A program made the translations under genes and the position numbers. Of a stretch of 64,000 nucleotides of DNA, positions 38,244-50,567 are shown in pieces (position 1 is the stretch's first letter; each line of letters opens with the position of its first letter). This stretch comes from Phyllobates terribilis (lineage: Eukaryota): contig NW_027362762.1 in the NCBI RefSeq assembly GCF_046119375.1, positions 158,782,001 to 158,846,000 of the forward strand, given 5' to 3'. The notes under the pieces are model-generated. The model saw nothing but the letters and a program-made list of their open reading frames with translations. It made no database searches and had not been told where the DNA came from.

Positions 38244-41035
38244 TGATGTGACAACCATTCAAAATAAATGTCCATTATGAGAGCTTGTTTTCTGAGCTTT
38301 TTATTACCCTATGATGTGGGGTCATTAGTTGCTGAAATTTTGTTATAATATTGACGGATATTATTAATAGGGGAAATAAAATCCTGAAACTTAACACAAC
38401 CATAAATCACGCACTACTAAGACCCAGATTCACCAGATATATTTTGTAAAGAGCACTTTTCTGGAAGACTTCACTTACAGACTACAGACCTGTGCAGCAG
38501 GACCATGGCAAGAACGAGCATGGGGCAATGGGGCATCTCCCAGTGTTTGGAGGGCAGTGCCCGCATTGCACCCAGTTTCACTACGCCATCACTAAGAATA
38601 TACATTTTAAGGGCAGCTATACTCTGTACAAATATTGCAATCATTCATATCTTAAAATTTGCAAAAATAAATAAATTAAAAAGCGGCCATTGATTCAACC
38701 TACTCAGCCAACCTGAAGCATGAAGAGCTGATTGGTGCATGTTGTGTCTCCAGCACAGGATGGCAGCTCTTCTGGTGAATTTTACAGCTACATGATCTAT
38801 ATATAGAGATGTATTTCTACAAAATTGAAAGGAGAAAGAAAAACCTGTGGCCGCCGTGAATGTAAAAGTCTCTGAGTGTTATGCAACCTGAAACTAAAAC
38901 TCTCATTGTGCATTTATATAATATGTGACAATAGATAATACATGTTATACCCCCGTGTAACAATGCCTGGTGCTGGAGGCTACGCTATTTGTAACCACTC
39001 AAGAGTCATAAACTTTTTTTTACGCCTAACACACACCAAAAAGCCTGTTCTGATGTGGATTATTCAATATCTTGCTGCCAGTCTGAGTAGCAACAAAAGA
39101 AACAAGTCAAGTGAAGCTGATAATTGGATCTTATTTTGGGCATTTTTGGCACTTTTTGTTTGGTATGAAAGGTAAGATTCCACCAAGCAGATAGCGCTGT
39201 GAAATGTAACATATAGTGCTATGAGTGCTAAGTGCAGACTAGTGATAACATAAGCAGATATCGCTTTACCTTTGTTGGGTCGATGCTTCGGGTTTGTCCC
39301 AATTCTGGTCCCCACAATGTTGCTGAGCTCTGACTGTACTGTGAGCTGGATCAGTCTAACCTATGTCTTGGCGCTTTGTGTCACTATATCGTTTTAAGCA
39401 GTTTGTGGTTTGACAAAAACACGTCTTCAACCTGATTGTACCTTTTTCTCTCACATTTAGGATTTTTTTTTCTTAGTTTTCTTTCTCAGTATAATTTCCG
39501 TGATGGGTTTCGAAATTACCTATTACATGACCTCATGTCTCCTAGCCTCCAATGCTTGAAAGTAGGCTTACCATCATATGATCTGGCAAATAAAAAAAGG
39601 GTTATGATGTTGGTCTGGTGTTTTAGCTGTAAGCATGAATCCCCCCCCCCCCAGCTTGAAGGGGTTTTCCACTTATAAAATCACCTGATATGCATTCAGA
39701 AAGGTAGATTCCATCAGTGGAGGTCTGTAGGCTGGGACCCTCACTGATACTGTTCCTTCAATGTAGGGGCCTTGGCACTTGCTAGATAGCTGGACGTCTT
39801 TGTCTCTTTGAGCAAAAAGTGTTATGGTAAATATTTATACTTTGGTTGTATTATTATTTGGACAATTCATATATCTTTGATAATTTAATAATTTTTAAAT
39901 TAGCTTTATAAGTGTTATTCATAAAAGCAATAACACAGGGCGTTGTTTCTGATGTAGAGGTGTCTTTGTGTTAAGTTTTCTTTGTTATAGAAGGCATAGG
40001 AAAGCTGGATACAGACAGTATTCAAGGACTACTGTTATTCCCAATTAAAATACTTTTTTCCCCAATTAAAATATCTTTTCAAAGAGGTAATGTAAAGCAT
40101 GTAAAGCCACCCCCCTTTTCCTATTACTGTGGTTGTAATAAAGACTTGTGCCTGGGCATCTGAGAGTCAGACAAGCTTGTACACTGACACTAGTTGTGTG
40201 CTCTTGTCTCCGATCGATCAACTCTCTGATTTGATCAAAACTGGCAACTGTGTGAAACCTTTTGAGTTTCTCCTAAAGCTTTCCATACAGGTTTCTATAT
40301 CACATGTAATAGGACCCCCTCCACCCCCAATAATGATGTTGATGACAGGTTCCCACAGGCATCGGCCACCTCTGACCCACAATAGTAACACTCCCATTTA
40401 AGAAATCTCCCTTGTCTGGGAAGCCCTTTTTGCCTGTAGTAAATACAAACCCAAGCACAAGGAAAAGCTGGCTAATGGTTTTATTTTTTTACAGGGAACC
40501 TGACAGCTGATTCATTCTTCTAGAACCACGGGCACTATAATTCACTCCTTATTGGCAGCCGTGTATGTTTCACTCTTAACTCTACGGTCTTTAGATAAAA
40601 TGTGGCTGGGGACAGTACGACTAAGATGACTAGTCCAAGTGGCCGGTCCTCGGTGTCTTCTCCCCACCCTGCTCCGCTTCCACTAGACTGACAGATGTTT
40701 CCCTATTTGTGCATATAGGGAAAGACCTGTCAGTGAAAGGGCACAGGGCGGGGAGAAGCTGCCGATGTCCAGCCTCTGACTGCACAACTACAACTACTAC
40801 TATGTGACAACTGCAGCCAATCATTAGGCTCAGAGGTCTTGTGCCATTTAGATTGGCGTCACCATTGAGCCTAGCGATTGTTTGCAATGGCCACACATGC
40901 TGTAGTTATGTCTTCAAAGTCACTGTATGAAAAAGGCAGAGCTGGACCTGCTGGTTGTAGGAAAGGCTTAATTTGTTATTTCAGATTGAAGAAGCTTATG
41001 GAAAAGAACATTTTAAACCTAGAAAAATGCCTTAA

Positions 41036-41407
41036 AGGGATATTCCATATCCAAGATCTTATTCCAATATGTAGTAAGTGTAATAATAATAATAATAATA
41101 GCAAATACCTCCAATTAGAAATGTAGGATAGTTTTCTTGATTCGCTATGTCTCTTTCCTCATGTGCAGGCATCGCAGGACCTTAGGTATCCATGGTTACC
41201 ACCACTCATATAGTGACAGTTAGCTAGTTGCTAGTGGTCGTAACCATGGATACCTAAGGTCCTGCAATGGCTGCACATGGGGAAAGAGACATAGCCAATC
41301 AGAAAAACTAGACTACATTTCTAATTGGAGGTATTTGCTAATATTATTATTATTATTACTACACCTACTACATATTGGGATATGATCTTGGAGATGGGAA
41401 TACCCCT
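41036..41407. mobile_element. T2/Kolobok-type MITE, almost wholly palindromic
   Basis: TTAA TSD (41032-41035, 41408-41411); agggatattcc / ggaatacccct; arms e.g. gcaaatacctccaattagaaatgtag / ctacatttctaattggaggtatttgc. Confidence 0.88.
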
Positions 41408-41599
41408 TTAAGTTAATTGGAGGAAGGTAGATATTTTGTGAATGGTAATGACTGGCTCAATAATTCACTGCTACTAGCCTGTGAACACATATTTGAAGGT
41501 TGGAGTACGTACGTTTATACACTGATAGAAACAGGTTTTATACATCCAGAAAAAGCCATCTGCAGTATAAACATAAAAGATAATATACAAATTATTGGC

Positions 41600-42833
41600 A
41601 CACATTAATGCGTTATTTAGATTGGATTTGAGAATTTAGGCTCGATGCCTTATATATTCCTATGTAACATAACATTATAGATAAAGAGTAATAACTCTCT
41701 GAGTACAGATAATGTAGTAGATATCATCTGCAGTCCTATGTAGCACCATAGATGACAGTGATCTCTCTAAGTGAAGATAGTGTAGATGTAACCTGTAGTC
41801 CTATGTAACATAGCAACACAGACAACACAGTGATAACTCTCTGAATGCAGATAATGTAGTAGATGTTACCTGCAGTCCTTTGTAACACCACAGATAATAG
41901 TGATAAGTCGCAGACTACAGATAATGTAGTAGGTGTTAGCTACAGTTCTATGTAACACCAGAGATAACAAACAACACAGTGATAACTCTCTGAATGCAGA
42001 TAATGTAGTATATGTTACCCGCAGTCCTATGTAACACCACAGATAGCACAGTAACAACTCTGTAAGTATAGATAATGTATCAGATGTCACATGCAGTCCC
42101 ATGTAACACTAGAGATAACACAGTGATAACTTTCTGAGTACAGATAATGTAGCTGATGTCACCTGCAGTCCTATGTAACACCATATCATTCTGTGTCAAG
42201 AACAACAGACAGTCATAAAAGACACATCGCAGAAAGGAGGGACGGGACCTTCTACTCGAGCTGGTAACATCCTATGCGGGAGTGAAGTTCACTGAAGCTA
42301 CAGTAGAACGTGTTACCAGCACAGCCGCTGACTGGCTGATTGTGCTGTGACATGTAAGACAGAGACCACTGTGAACCATGTACTGAGAGAGGAGTTACCA
42401 GTGTGATGTGTCATGGCCGCTCTCTGCTCTCCTGATCTCACTGCAGAGCTGTGTGTAATTATACCTGACACATCTGCAGGTTCCTCTCAGCTTCCATCTC
42501 ACAAGCAGATAGGGTTACAATACAGCAGAGCTGTGAGACCTGCAGCAAATGTGTTTGTAAGAAATAAAGTTCAGATCTTCTGTTCCATGTTAGTTACGTG
42601 TCTCACACTGGTATCTCCCCCATCATTTAAAATAATCTCTGGAGGCAGAGTTATCTTCCAGGCAGCGTCCTTCACAGAACCTGGAAGAGGTCATTTACAT
42701 ATGAGAAAAATGTGGATTTCTTTGGAATAAAACATTGGATTGCAGATATCGAGGTATCATTTTATTCAGCTTCCTATGACCTACATGCCCATATAGACGG
42801 CTTAGGAGGGACGATCCTACTGACAGATTCCCT
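41600..42833. mobile_element. Kolobok/T2-type non-autonomous element carrying the ~70-bp array (left end not identified)
   Basis: Right terminus ctgacagattccct + ttag. Confidence 0.45.
41690..42185. repeat. ~70-75-bp imperfect tandem repeat, ~7 copies
   Basis: ctgcagtcctatgtaacacc-acagataacacagtgataactctctga-cagataatgtag recurs. Confidence 0.85.
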
Positions 42834-43357
42834 TTAGCATCAAACATATGATGGCTTTCAGTCTGACAACACCCTTAACATACTATTTATCACAATTTGA
42901 AATATTAGTATTTAAAAAAACATGTACATACCGAAACGTAAAAGCTTTATTCCATTGATTTCAGTTGTTACTTTGTATATTCCTCTTCAGTCATGTAGAG
43001 CTAAATAAAAGACAACACAAGCATTAAATTGCTTTGTAAAACTCTAATATAAAGTCTGAATATTTAGCAAATAATGTACCTACATCATTAACAATAAATA
43101 ATATATCAAAATTTCTCCACACTAGTGTTGAGGTGTCTAGTTTTACACCATCCATTACATATTTGTTGCAATAAATCTTAACAGATCCCATTGACTTATA
43201 ATAGAAACGTCATGTCACATTTCCTTTTTTGTCAGTGAGCATAAAGTTACAGATTTGTCCGTCCTTCTCCTTCCTTATAGCTCAATATATCCTGAGATTT
43301 GTTACACAAGATGACCAGCTTTAAAAATTATTTTGAGAAACTGTGTCAGAAGAGGAA

Positions 43358-44520
43358 CACTACATGGACAAAAGTATTAGGCCACCTAAACATTACCCCT
43401 ACAGGAGCTTGTGTGACATCCCTGCCTAAAAACATAGGCTTTAAAGGGTTAGTCCTATCTTCAGAAATGGATATTGCTGGATTGTGCTTATAAATACAAG
43501 CAATTTTTGCAATTTACTGCTTATTAAAACCTTTAGCTGTTTCTGAGATATTTACAATTTTCTTTTGTTTACACCTGATTGCCTTGGAGACCGACCACTG
43601 CTGGTAGACAGCAGGACATGCACAGTGCTTACAAGCTCTTTCCTATTGCACTTTTTAGCACTGTTTTGTAGTTGGTCGGATCACTGGTCCACATTTTTAT
43701 CTATTAATCCCAGCTATATTCAGTGCAGAACAGCTAAAGAATGGCTGCAAATTTTAATAAGCAGTAAATTGCAAAAGTGCTTGCTTTTACTAGCACTATC
43801 CGACAACACAAAGATGGGAAAAACCCTTAAATATGTAGTTTACACCACCCCCTTGGCAAGAAAAACCTCCAATTTTCTTGGAAGGGTTTATACAAGATTT
43901 TGAAGTGTGTGGGAATTCTATCCTTTCATCCAGAAAAGCATTTGAGAGGTTAGACATTGCAATCTCCTTTCTTGTTCATCCCTAAAGTGTTGGATGGGGT
44001 TCAGGTCAGAGCTCTGTGCGCTGGTCAGGTTTTTCCCACACCAAACTACGCCAACCATGCCTTTATGGCCCTGCCTTTGAGTACTAGGGCACAATGCTGG
44101 AATAGAAAAGGGGCTTCACCAAAATGTTCCTCAAAAGTTGGAAGGTACATATTATCCAAAATGTCTTAGTTGATGAAGCATTAAGATTTCCCTTTGCTGA
44201 AATTAGACCAACACCTGAAAGAACAGCCTCAAATCAATATCTCTTTTCCACCAGACTTTACAGCTGGCAGATAGGTAGGCAATGTTCTCCTGACACTCAC
44301 AAGACTCGTTCATAAGATTGCCACATAGAGAAGTGTGATTCGTCACTCTACAGAACATTTCTCCAATCCAGTGGCAACTTTATACTGATCCATCTGCGGC
44401 TTGGCATTGTGCTTGGTGATGTAAGACTTGCCTGCAGCTTCTTGGCCATGGACACTCAAGCCATGATGCTCCAACTGCACAGCTTTTGAGCTGATGTGAA
44501 TACCAGCGGAGGCTTAGGAC
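43358..44520 (-). mobile_element. Decayed Tc1-like element interrupted by a MITE
   Basis: Terminus cactacatggacaaaagtattagg; minus-strand transposase remnants (ttggatggggttcaggtcag, aatgctggaatagaaaaggg). Confidence 0.6.
43445..43826. mobile_element. T2/Kolobok-type MITE
   Basis: TTAA at 43441-43444 and 43827-43830; inverted arms gcaatttttgcaatttactgcttattaaaa / ttttaataagcagtaaattgcaaaagtgc. Confidence 0.8.
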
Positions 44521-45006
44521 TCGCTTTCTAACTTTATATAGTCTCCAATTAATGACTAAGTTGCTTTGATTGCTAAATTCTTCTACTTTCCAATTCTAAT
44601 TACTTCTACTTTCCAGTAGGAATATTCAGAAAAAAAAGATATTACATAAAATGACATGATACAACAGTGCCATCCTATTAACAGTACGAAGTTAGTATCA
44701 GTGAGCTTTTTTAGAATAAAACAATCTTTCACAAATGTCTATGAAGACAGACTGCAGGGCTGCGGGATGGAATTCATACACCTGTGGCAATGGAACGGAA
44801 TGAAAAACCTGAATTCAATGATTAAGAGGTGTGTTCCATTTCTTTTATACATACAGCATAGTGTATTTATTTATTTTACTCCCTTAGGCCTCCTTCACAA
44901 GGCCATGTTTCCAGTACGTGTGGTATCTGTTTTTCTCATGAATACAACAGGTATCCAATATAACCTATGCCGCTATGCACTTGTCCATGATTTTACAAAG
45001 ATCATG

Positions 45007-45624
45007 TGTCAGGACTAGTGTTGAGCGAATTTGTTCGGCATTTCAAATTCGGGTTCGTGTTTGGGGGTTCCGGCTGTGTGACAGAGTGGCAAATCAGGGA
45101 TGTTCGTGGGCGGAGCCGATTTTTTGGCGCGAACAAGCCGGGACCCCGAACACGAACCCAAATTTGAAATGCCGAACAAATTCGCTCAACACTAGTCAGG
45201 ACTCGAATCCAGCAGTTTTTGTGCACAAGGCGGCAGCTCTTCCCTCTGAGCTATTCAGCTCGTTGGACAGCTCCTGGCTAACCTAGATTCTAGTACCTGT
45301 GTTGTTCCTGAGCAGCTCCACCCTGTGTGGTTCCTGATTGGCTTCATCCTGTGAGTTCTCGATTGAACACCCTATTTGAACCTGGCCTGGTACCTCCTTT
45401 CCAGCAAGATTATTATTGAGCTCCCTGCCTTTAGTCAAGCTCTCCCTTCACTTGCTGCCTCATAACATTATACTGCTGTTCCTGACTATGCAACCTGCTA
45501 AATCCTTCAAGACTATACTGCTGTTCCTGGGTATCGATTCCTGGCTTTTCCTGACTATGCTATCTGCCGTTGCTGCCCCTAGTGGTTGCAATACCACTAC
45601 TCCAACCCAGGTCAGTTTCTAACA
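45007..45624. mobile_element. Probable solo LTR (TG...CA)
   Basis: tgtcagga...ctaaca; flanks tcatg / ccatg (5-bp TSD, one mismatch). Confidence 0.55.
45016..45194. mobile_element. hAT MITE, 179 bp
   Basis: ~50-bp near-perfect TIRs tagtgttgagcgaatttgttcggcatttcaaatt; perfect TSD gtcaggac. Confidence 0.93.
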
Positions 45625-45917
45625 CCATGTGTCCATGCAAAACACACAAAGACATGTCTGTTTTTTTACGGCAACAATGATGACAAGGGCCAATACAAGT
45701 TTATGGGTCCGTGAAAGGCATCCACGTGATGTCCATGTTTAACATTGTAAAGTATAGGAGAAGCTTTGTAATTTATTTATTTCTTTATCCATACCGGAAA
45801 AACACTGACACACGGATGTTAAAAATGGACACATGGATGACACACTGATGGAAAACACTGATGACACCGGTACTGGTTTTTCATGTACGTGTTTTATACG
45901 GATTTGTGAAGGAGGCC

Positions 45918-46053
45918 TTATATAGCGCCATTAATTTCTCAGGACTTAACTTTGTCACTGTCCCCATTGGAGGTCACAATCTAAATTCCTAGTATGTCTT
46001 TGGAATATGGGAGGAAACTGGAGAACTCGGAGGAAACCCACGCAAACATGGGC
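45918..46053 (-). mobile_element. SINE 3' fragment
   Basis: ttatatagcgcc...ccccattggaggtcacaatctaaattcc...gggaggaaactggagaactcggaggaaacccacgcaaaca is the reverse complement of the SINE at 33787. Confidence 0.7.
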
Positions 46054-46918
46054 TGAACAAAAACGAGGACATCAGCGCTGCCCCGGTGCTAATTATGTCT
46101 GTGCGGACAACCAATGGTTGCAATGTAGTTTGCAGCCTGTCAAGGGTTTTTCAAGAATTTTTCAAGTGTTGCAGATAATGGTGCCGCATGTTCTGCTGGA
46201 AGTTTAAAAGTCACTGCAGAAAACCTAGCCAGGAGATTTGTATAGAATTTGGCATCACAGCCTTCTTAATACATTAACTATTTTACACACTAACATTTTC
46301 CACAGACACAGAGCACCCTCTTGCCCATGATCATTTCCATTATCTTTTCTTTGTGGAACACTTTTTTACCCATGACTACACACTGGCTGTGTGATGACTT
46401 CATGGAGCAACTTTTTGAAATCAACTTGACATGCCAAATCTTAGTTTTTAAGGAGGTTTCTTTCACTCTGGGTCTTGCAAACTTGATGATATGGTTTATT
46501 TTAATGTTCAGAATAATTTGTCACAGTTTCTTAAAGACTGGTGCCTAAATGAGAACATTATGGCTTTGGAAATACGTATGTGCATGGTGTAATAGTTGGC
46601 ACAGGCTTGTCATTAATGACAGGTCCAGGCTTCGATTGATGTGCCACAAAGGTCAGTTATCACATCTGTTCTTTTCCTGTTAGATTCACCTTGACAGTGG
46701 CATAAAACGTCCAATTTTTAAATTAGTTAAAGAGCGTTTTAGTGAATTTGGTTAGTATGACAAATTAATAATGACAGAAGTTTAATAGATTTCCCCCCAC
46801 CCAAGACTCATAAATAGTGTATAATGGTTCAGCAGCTAAAGTGTAATGTAACATTTTAATAATTTTTGTATAGACCTTGTTCAGTACTAATGATTAGTGG
46901 GGATGTGAGACCCCCATA

Positions 46919-48543
46919 CAGTGGGTATGGAAAGTATTCAGACCCCTTTACATTTTTCACTCTTTGTTTCATTGCAGCCTTTTGGTAAATTCTAAAAAGT
47001 TCATTTTTTCCTCATTAAAGTACATTCTGCACCCCATGTTGACTGAAAAAAACAGAAATGTATAAATTTTTGCAAATTTATTAAAAAAGAAAAACTGAAA
47101 TATCACATGGTCATAAGTATTCAGAGCCTTTGCTCAGTATTGAGTAGAAGCACCCTTTTGAGCTTGTACAGCCATGAGTCTTCTTGGGAATGATGCAACA
47201 AGTGTTTCACACCTGAATTTGGGGAATTTCTTCCTTACAGATCCTCTCCAGTTCCGTCAGATTGGATGGTGAACGTTGGTGGACAGCCATTTTCAGGTAT
47301 CTCCAGAGATGCTCAATTGGGTTTAGGTCAGGGCTCTGGCTGGGCCAGTCAAGAATGGTCACAGAGTTGTTCTGAAGCCACTCCTTTGTTATTTTAGCTG
47401 TGTGCTTAGGGTCATTGTCTTGTTGGAAGGTGAACCTTCGGCCAAGTCTGAGGTCCAGAGCACTCTGGAAAAGGTTTTCATCCAGGATATCTCTGTACTT
47501 GGCCACATTCATGTTTCCTTCAATTGCAACCAGTCGTCCTGTCCCTGCAGCTGAAAAACACCCCCATAGCATGATGCTGCCACCACCATGTTTCACTGTT
47601 GGAATTGTATTGGGCAGGTGATGAGCAGTGCCTGGTTTTCTCCACACATACCGCTTAGAATTATCACCAAAAAATTCTGTCTTCGTCTCACCAGACCAGA
47701 GAATCTTATTTCTCATAGTCTGGGAGTCCTTCATTTGTTTTTGAGCAAACTCTATGCGGGCTTTCATATGTCTTGCACTGAGGAGAGGCTTCCGTTGGGC
47801 CATTCTGCCATAAAGGCCCGACTGGTCGAGGGCTGCAGTGATAGTTGACTTTATGGAACTTTCTCCCATCTCCCTACTGCATCTCTGGAGCTCAGCCACA
47901 GTGATCTTGGGGTTCTTCTTTACCTCTCTAACCAAGGCTCTCCTCCCGCGATTGCTCAGTTTGGCTGGACGGCTAGGTCTAGGAAGACTTCTGGTGGTCC
48001 CGAACTTCTTCCATTTAAGGATTATGGAGGCCACTGTGCTCTTAGGAACCTTGAGTAATGCAGAAATTCTTTTGTAACCTTGGCCAGATCTGTGCCTTGC
48101 CACAATTCTGTCTCTGAGCTCCTTGGGCAGTTCCTTTGAGCTCATGATTCTCATTTGGTCTGAGAGCTGTGAGGTCTTATATAGACAGGTGTGTGCCTTT
48201 CCAAATCAAGTCCTATCAGTTTAATTAAACACAGCTGGACACCAATGAAGGAGTAGAACCATCTCAAAGAGGATCACAAGGAAATGGCCAGCATGTGACT
48301 TAAATATGAGTGTCTGAGCAAAGGGTCTGAATACTTATGACAATGTGATATTTCAGTTTTTCTTTTTTAATAAATTTTATAAATTTGCAAAAATTTCTAC
48401 ATTTCTGTTTTTTTTCAGTCAAGATGGGGTGCAGAGTGTACTTTAATGAGAAAAAAAATGAACTTTTTAGAATTTACCAAATGGCTGCAATGAAACAAAG
48501 AATGAAAAATGTAAAGGGGTCTGAATACTTTCCGTACCCACTG
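46919..48543 (-). mobile_element. Tc1-like DD34E transposon with IR/DR-type ~220-bp TIRs
   Basis: TA-cagtgggta(t/c)ggaaagtattcagacccctt at both ends; inner DRs aagtattcaga at ~47117 and tctgaatactt at ~48325. Confidence 0.95.
47207..48154 (-). pseudogene. Tc1 transposase with the first catalytic Asp lost and a C-terminal frameshift
   Basis: WSGETK in place of WSDETK; QDNDPKH-(34)-PDLNPIEH; ends ICKEEIPQIQV*, while the native KGASTQY* lies out of frame near 47135. Confidence 0.88.
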
Positions 48544-48674
48544 TATATTTCTGAAACCAGGTATCAAAATCTAATGTTTTAGCGTGACCAATCTGGACGA
48601 TAAAACAATATTAGGCCTCGTGCTATGATAAAGAATCCTAAGGGCTAAGATGAGTTGAACAGCTTCTATTTCCA

Positions 48675-48711
48675 CAACGCATATCGATGCTGGACTAGCA
48701 TCTTTTTCAAG
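48675..48711 (-). other. Degenerate hammerhead-like motif (Penelope-type), next to a purine-rich tract at 48712-49075
   Basis: Minus strand cttgaaaaa-gatgct-agtcc-agcatc-gatatgcgttg with a perfect 6-bp stem II; the core is non-canonical. Confidence 0.35.
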
Positions 48712-49078
48712 TTAAAAAAACAATTGCATAGCAAGTGTTCAAGGGTAGGAGGAGTAAAAAGGCTGAAAGTGAAGAAAGCGCCAACAAGAAAATTAAAAAA
48801 AAAAGGAAGGAGTGAATGGAGGGTGAGAGGAAGGGAAGGAAGTTGAGTAGACTGATATTGGGATTGCAAAGGAGATAGAAAAAGTAATAAAGAGGAAAAA
48901 AAAGAAAAGAAAGAGAAAAGGGCAATATGAATGAAACAAATAGAATGAGATGAGAAATCAGGTATAAATAGGAAGAAAGAGAGGAGTACATTGGGGAAGT
49001 GTTAGGCTGAGATTGAGCCCGTGCTGTGTTGAGAAAAGAGAGAGGGGAAAGGGGGTTAATCAATAATTAAATTAAAGG

Positions 49079-49080
<2 letters not shown>

Positions 49081-49118
<38 letters not shown>
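49081..49118. repeat. (AT)n microsatellite
   Basis: 19 AT units. Confidence 0.97.
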
Positions 49119-49120
<2 letters not shown>

Positions 49121-50022
49121 TAAAATTTTCAAGGTCTAAAACAAAAAGTCAGCATCTTATAGAAATTACTGATATACCTTGAAAAATGAAAGTTTCCCTG
49201 ATCTACTGATTGATTGAGATGGGTGCAGCAGGGTGTAGACCCCATTTGTGGTTTGAGGATGTACAGTATGTGTATGTGCTGAAGGTCCGCAGTTGTGATA
49301 TGAGAGGTTTGTTTTCCATAGTAATTTTTGAATTATCCTTGAGCAGTTTAAAGTAGAATACAAATGATGTTCTATTCATTCACATAGCAGGTTATGCCTA
49401 TAACAATGAAGATCTGATTGTGCATTTGATTGAAAAGACAGTCCAGCAAGGCATGGTACTGATGAATTGAGGGTCACATAAAGACTACCTACTTTCTGGA
49501 TAGATGACGGGCGGTTTCAGAAATATGTGGGCACTAGTTGTCATCATGCAGGTTCTTTTTCAGGGGAATTTTGTGTGGCTTTGATTTTCAGTACTTGGTC
49601 AGACGTTGGTCAAAGCAGAAGGTACATGTCTTAAGGAAACCTCAGCTCTAGAGATGAGCGTTGTTCTACTCGAACTGTTCGCCAATCTCAAATTCGAGCT
49701 GTTTTGGGCGGTGTTCGAGCCGGTCGGCGAACACGAACAATTTGAGAAAAATTCGGCTGTTCGAGGTTATGTTCGATAACTGTTCGTGCACCAAAATCAT
49801 AACTGGATTTTTTCTCAGTAATGATGAAAATTAATGTTAATACGCAGTTTGAGTGTACAGCGGGGCGGGGGGAGGGGCAGGGGATGGATCTCTGCAGGAA
49901 CAATGAAGATCTCCATTTTTTTTTCTCTTTCCCGCATTTGCAGTGGGGAGGTGCAATCTGTCAGCCTATCAGCAGCGCACACACGGAGCGAAGTGCTTTT
50001 TTTCACACAAGCAAGGGCATGT

Positions 50023-50064
50023 GTGATTGGCAGTGTATGTCACATGTCCTTGCCCTATAAGACC
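50023..50064 (+). promoter_or_regulatory. Putative hAT internal promoter (reverse CCAAT plus TATA-like box)
   Basis: gtgattggc (50023-50031) and tataagacc (50056-50064); the same pair occurs at 2977-3019 on the minus strand. Confidence 0.35.
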
Positions 50065-50567
50065 AAGCCATTTTCCCCGTCGCCACCATTTTCTCACTGC
50101 TGCAGCTGCGTGTTAGACGGCACCGCTGTTGCTGTGTGCGCTATACCTTGTTAATTTCAAGCCAATTTTCGCACAAATATACAGATAGCTTGGGAGTAGG
50201 GAATAGTTGTGATTGCAGTCCTTTTAAGGACTAGGTTACAGCATTTCCTACGACTTTTATCAGGCAGGTCTGTGCTCTTAAATAGATAGATTGTGGGAGT
50301 AAAGACTAATTGTAATTGGAGTCCTTTTCAGGACTAGGTTACATCAGTTCCTATCAGTTTTTGCCAGGCAGGTCTGTGCCAGTGCTGTGCAAGTTTTTTT
50401 CACAGCATTTGGCTGAATCTAGCAAAGCTAATCCTTTTTGGCCTATTGCAGAGTGTGTTAGTCAGTGGAGTAGCCTATCTGTGTTGCAAGATATACCACC
50501 TGTGTATAGAATACCAATTTTTTTACTGCACCTAGTGAAGTAAAATCTTTTGGGCATAGCATCATTC

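Larger units (their letters stand above)
44887..45917. mobile_element. PIF/Harbinger-type MITE hosting nested insertions
   Basis: Perfect TIR ggcctccttcacaa / ttgtgaaggaggcc; TTA TSD on both sides. Confidence 0.88.
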
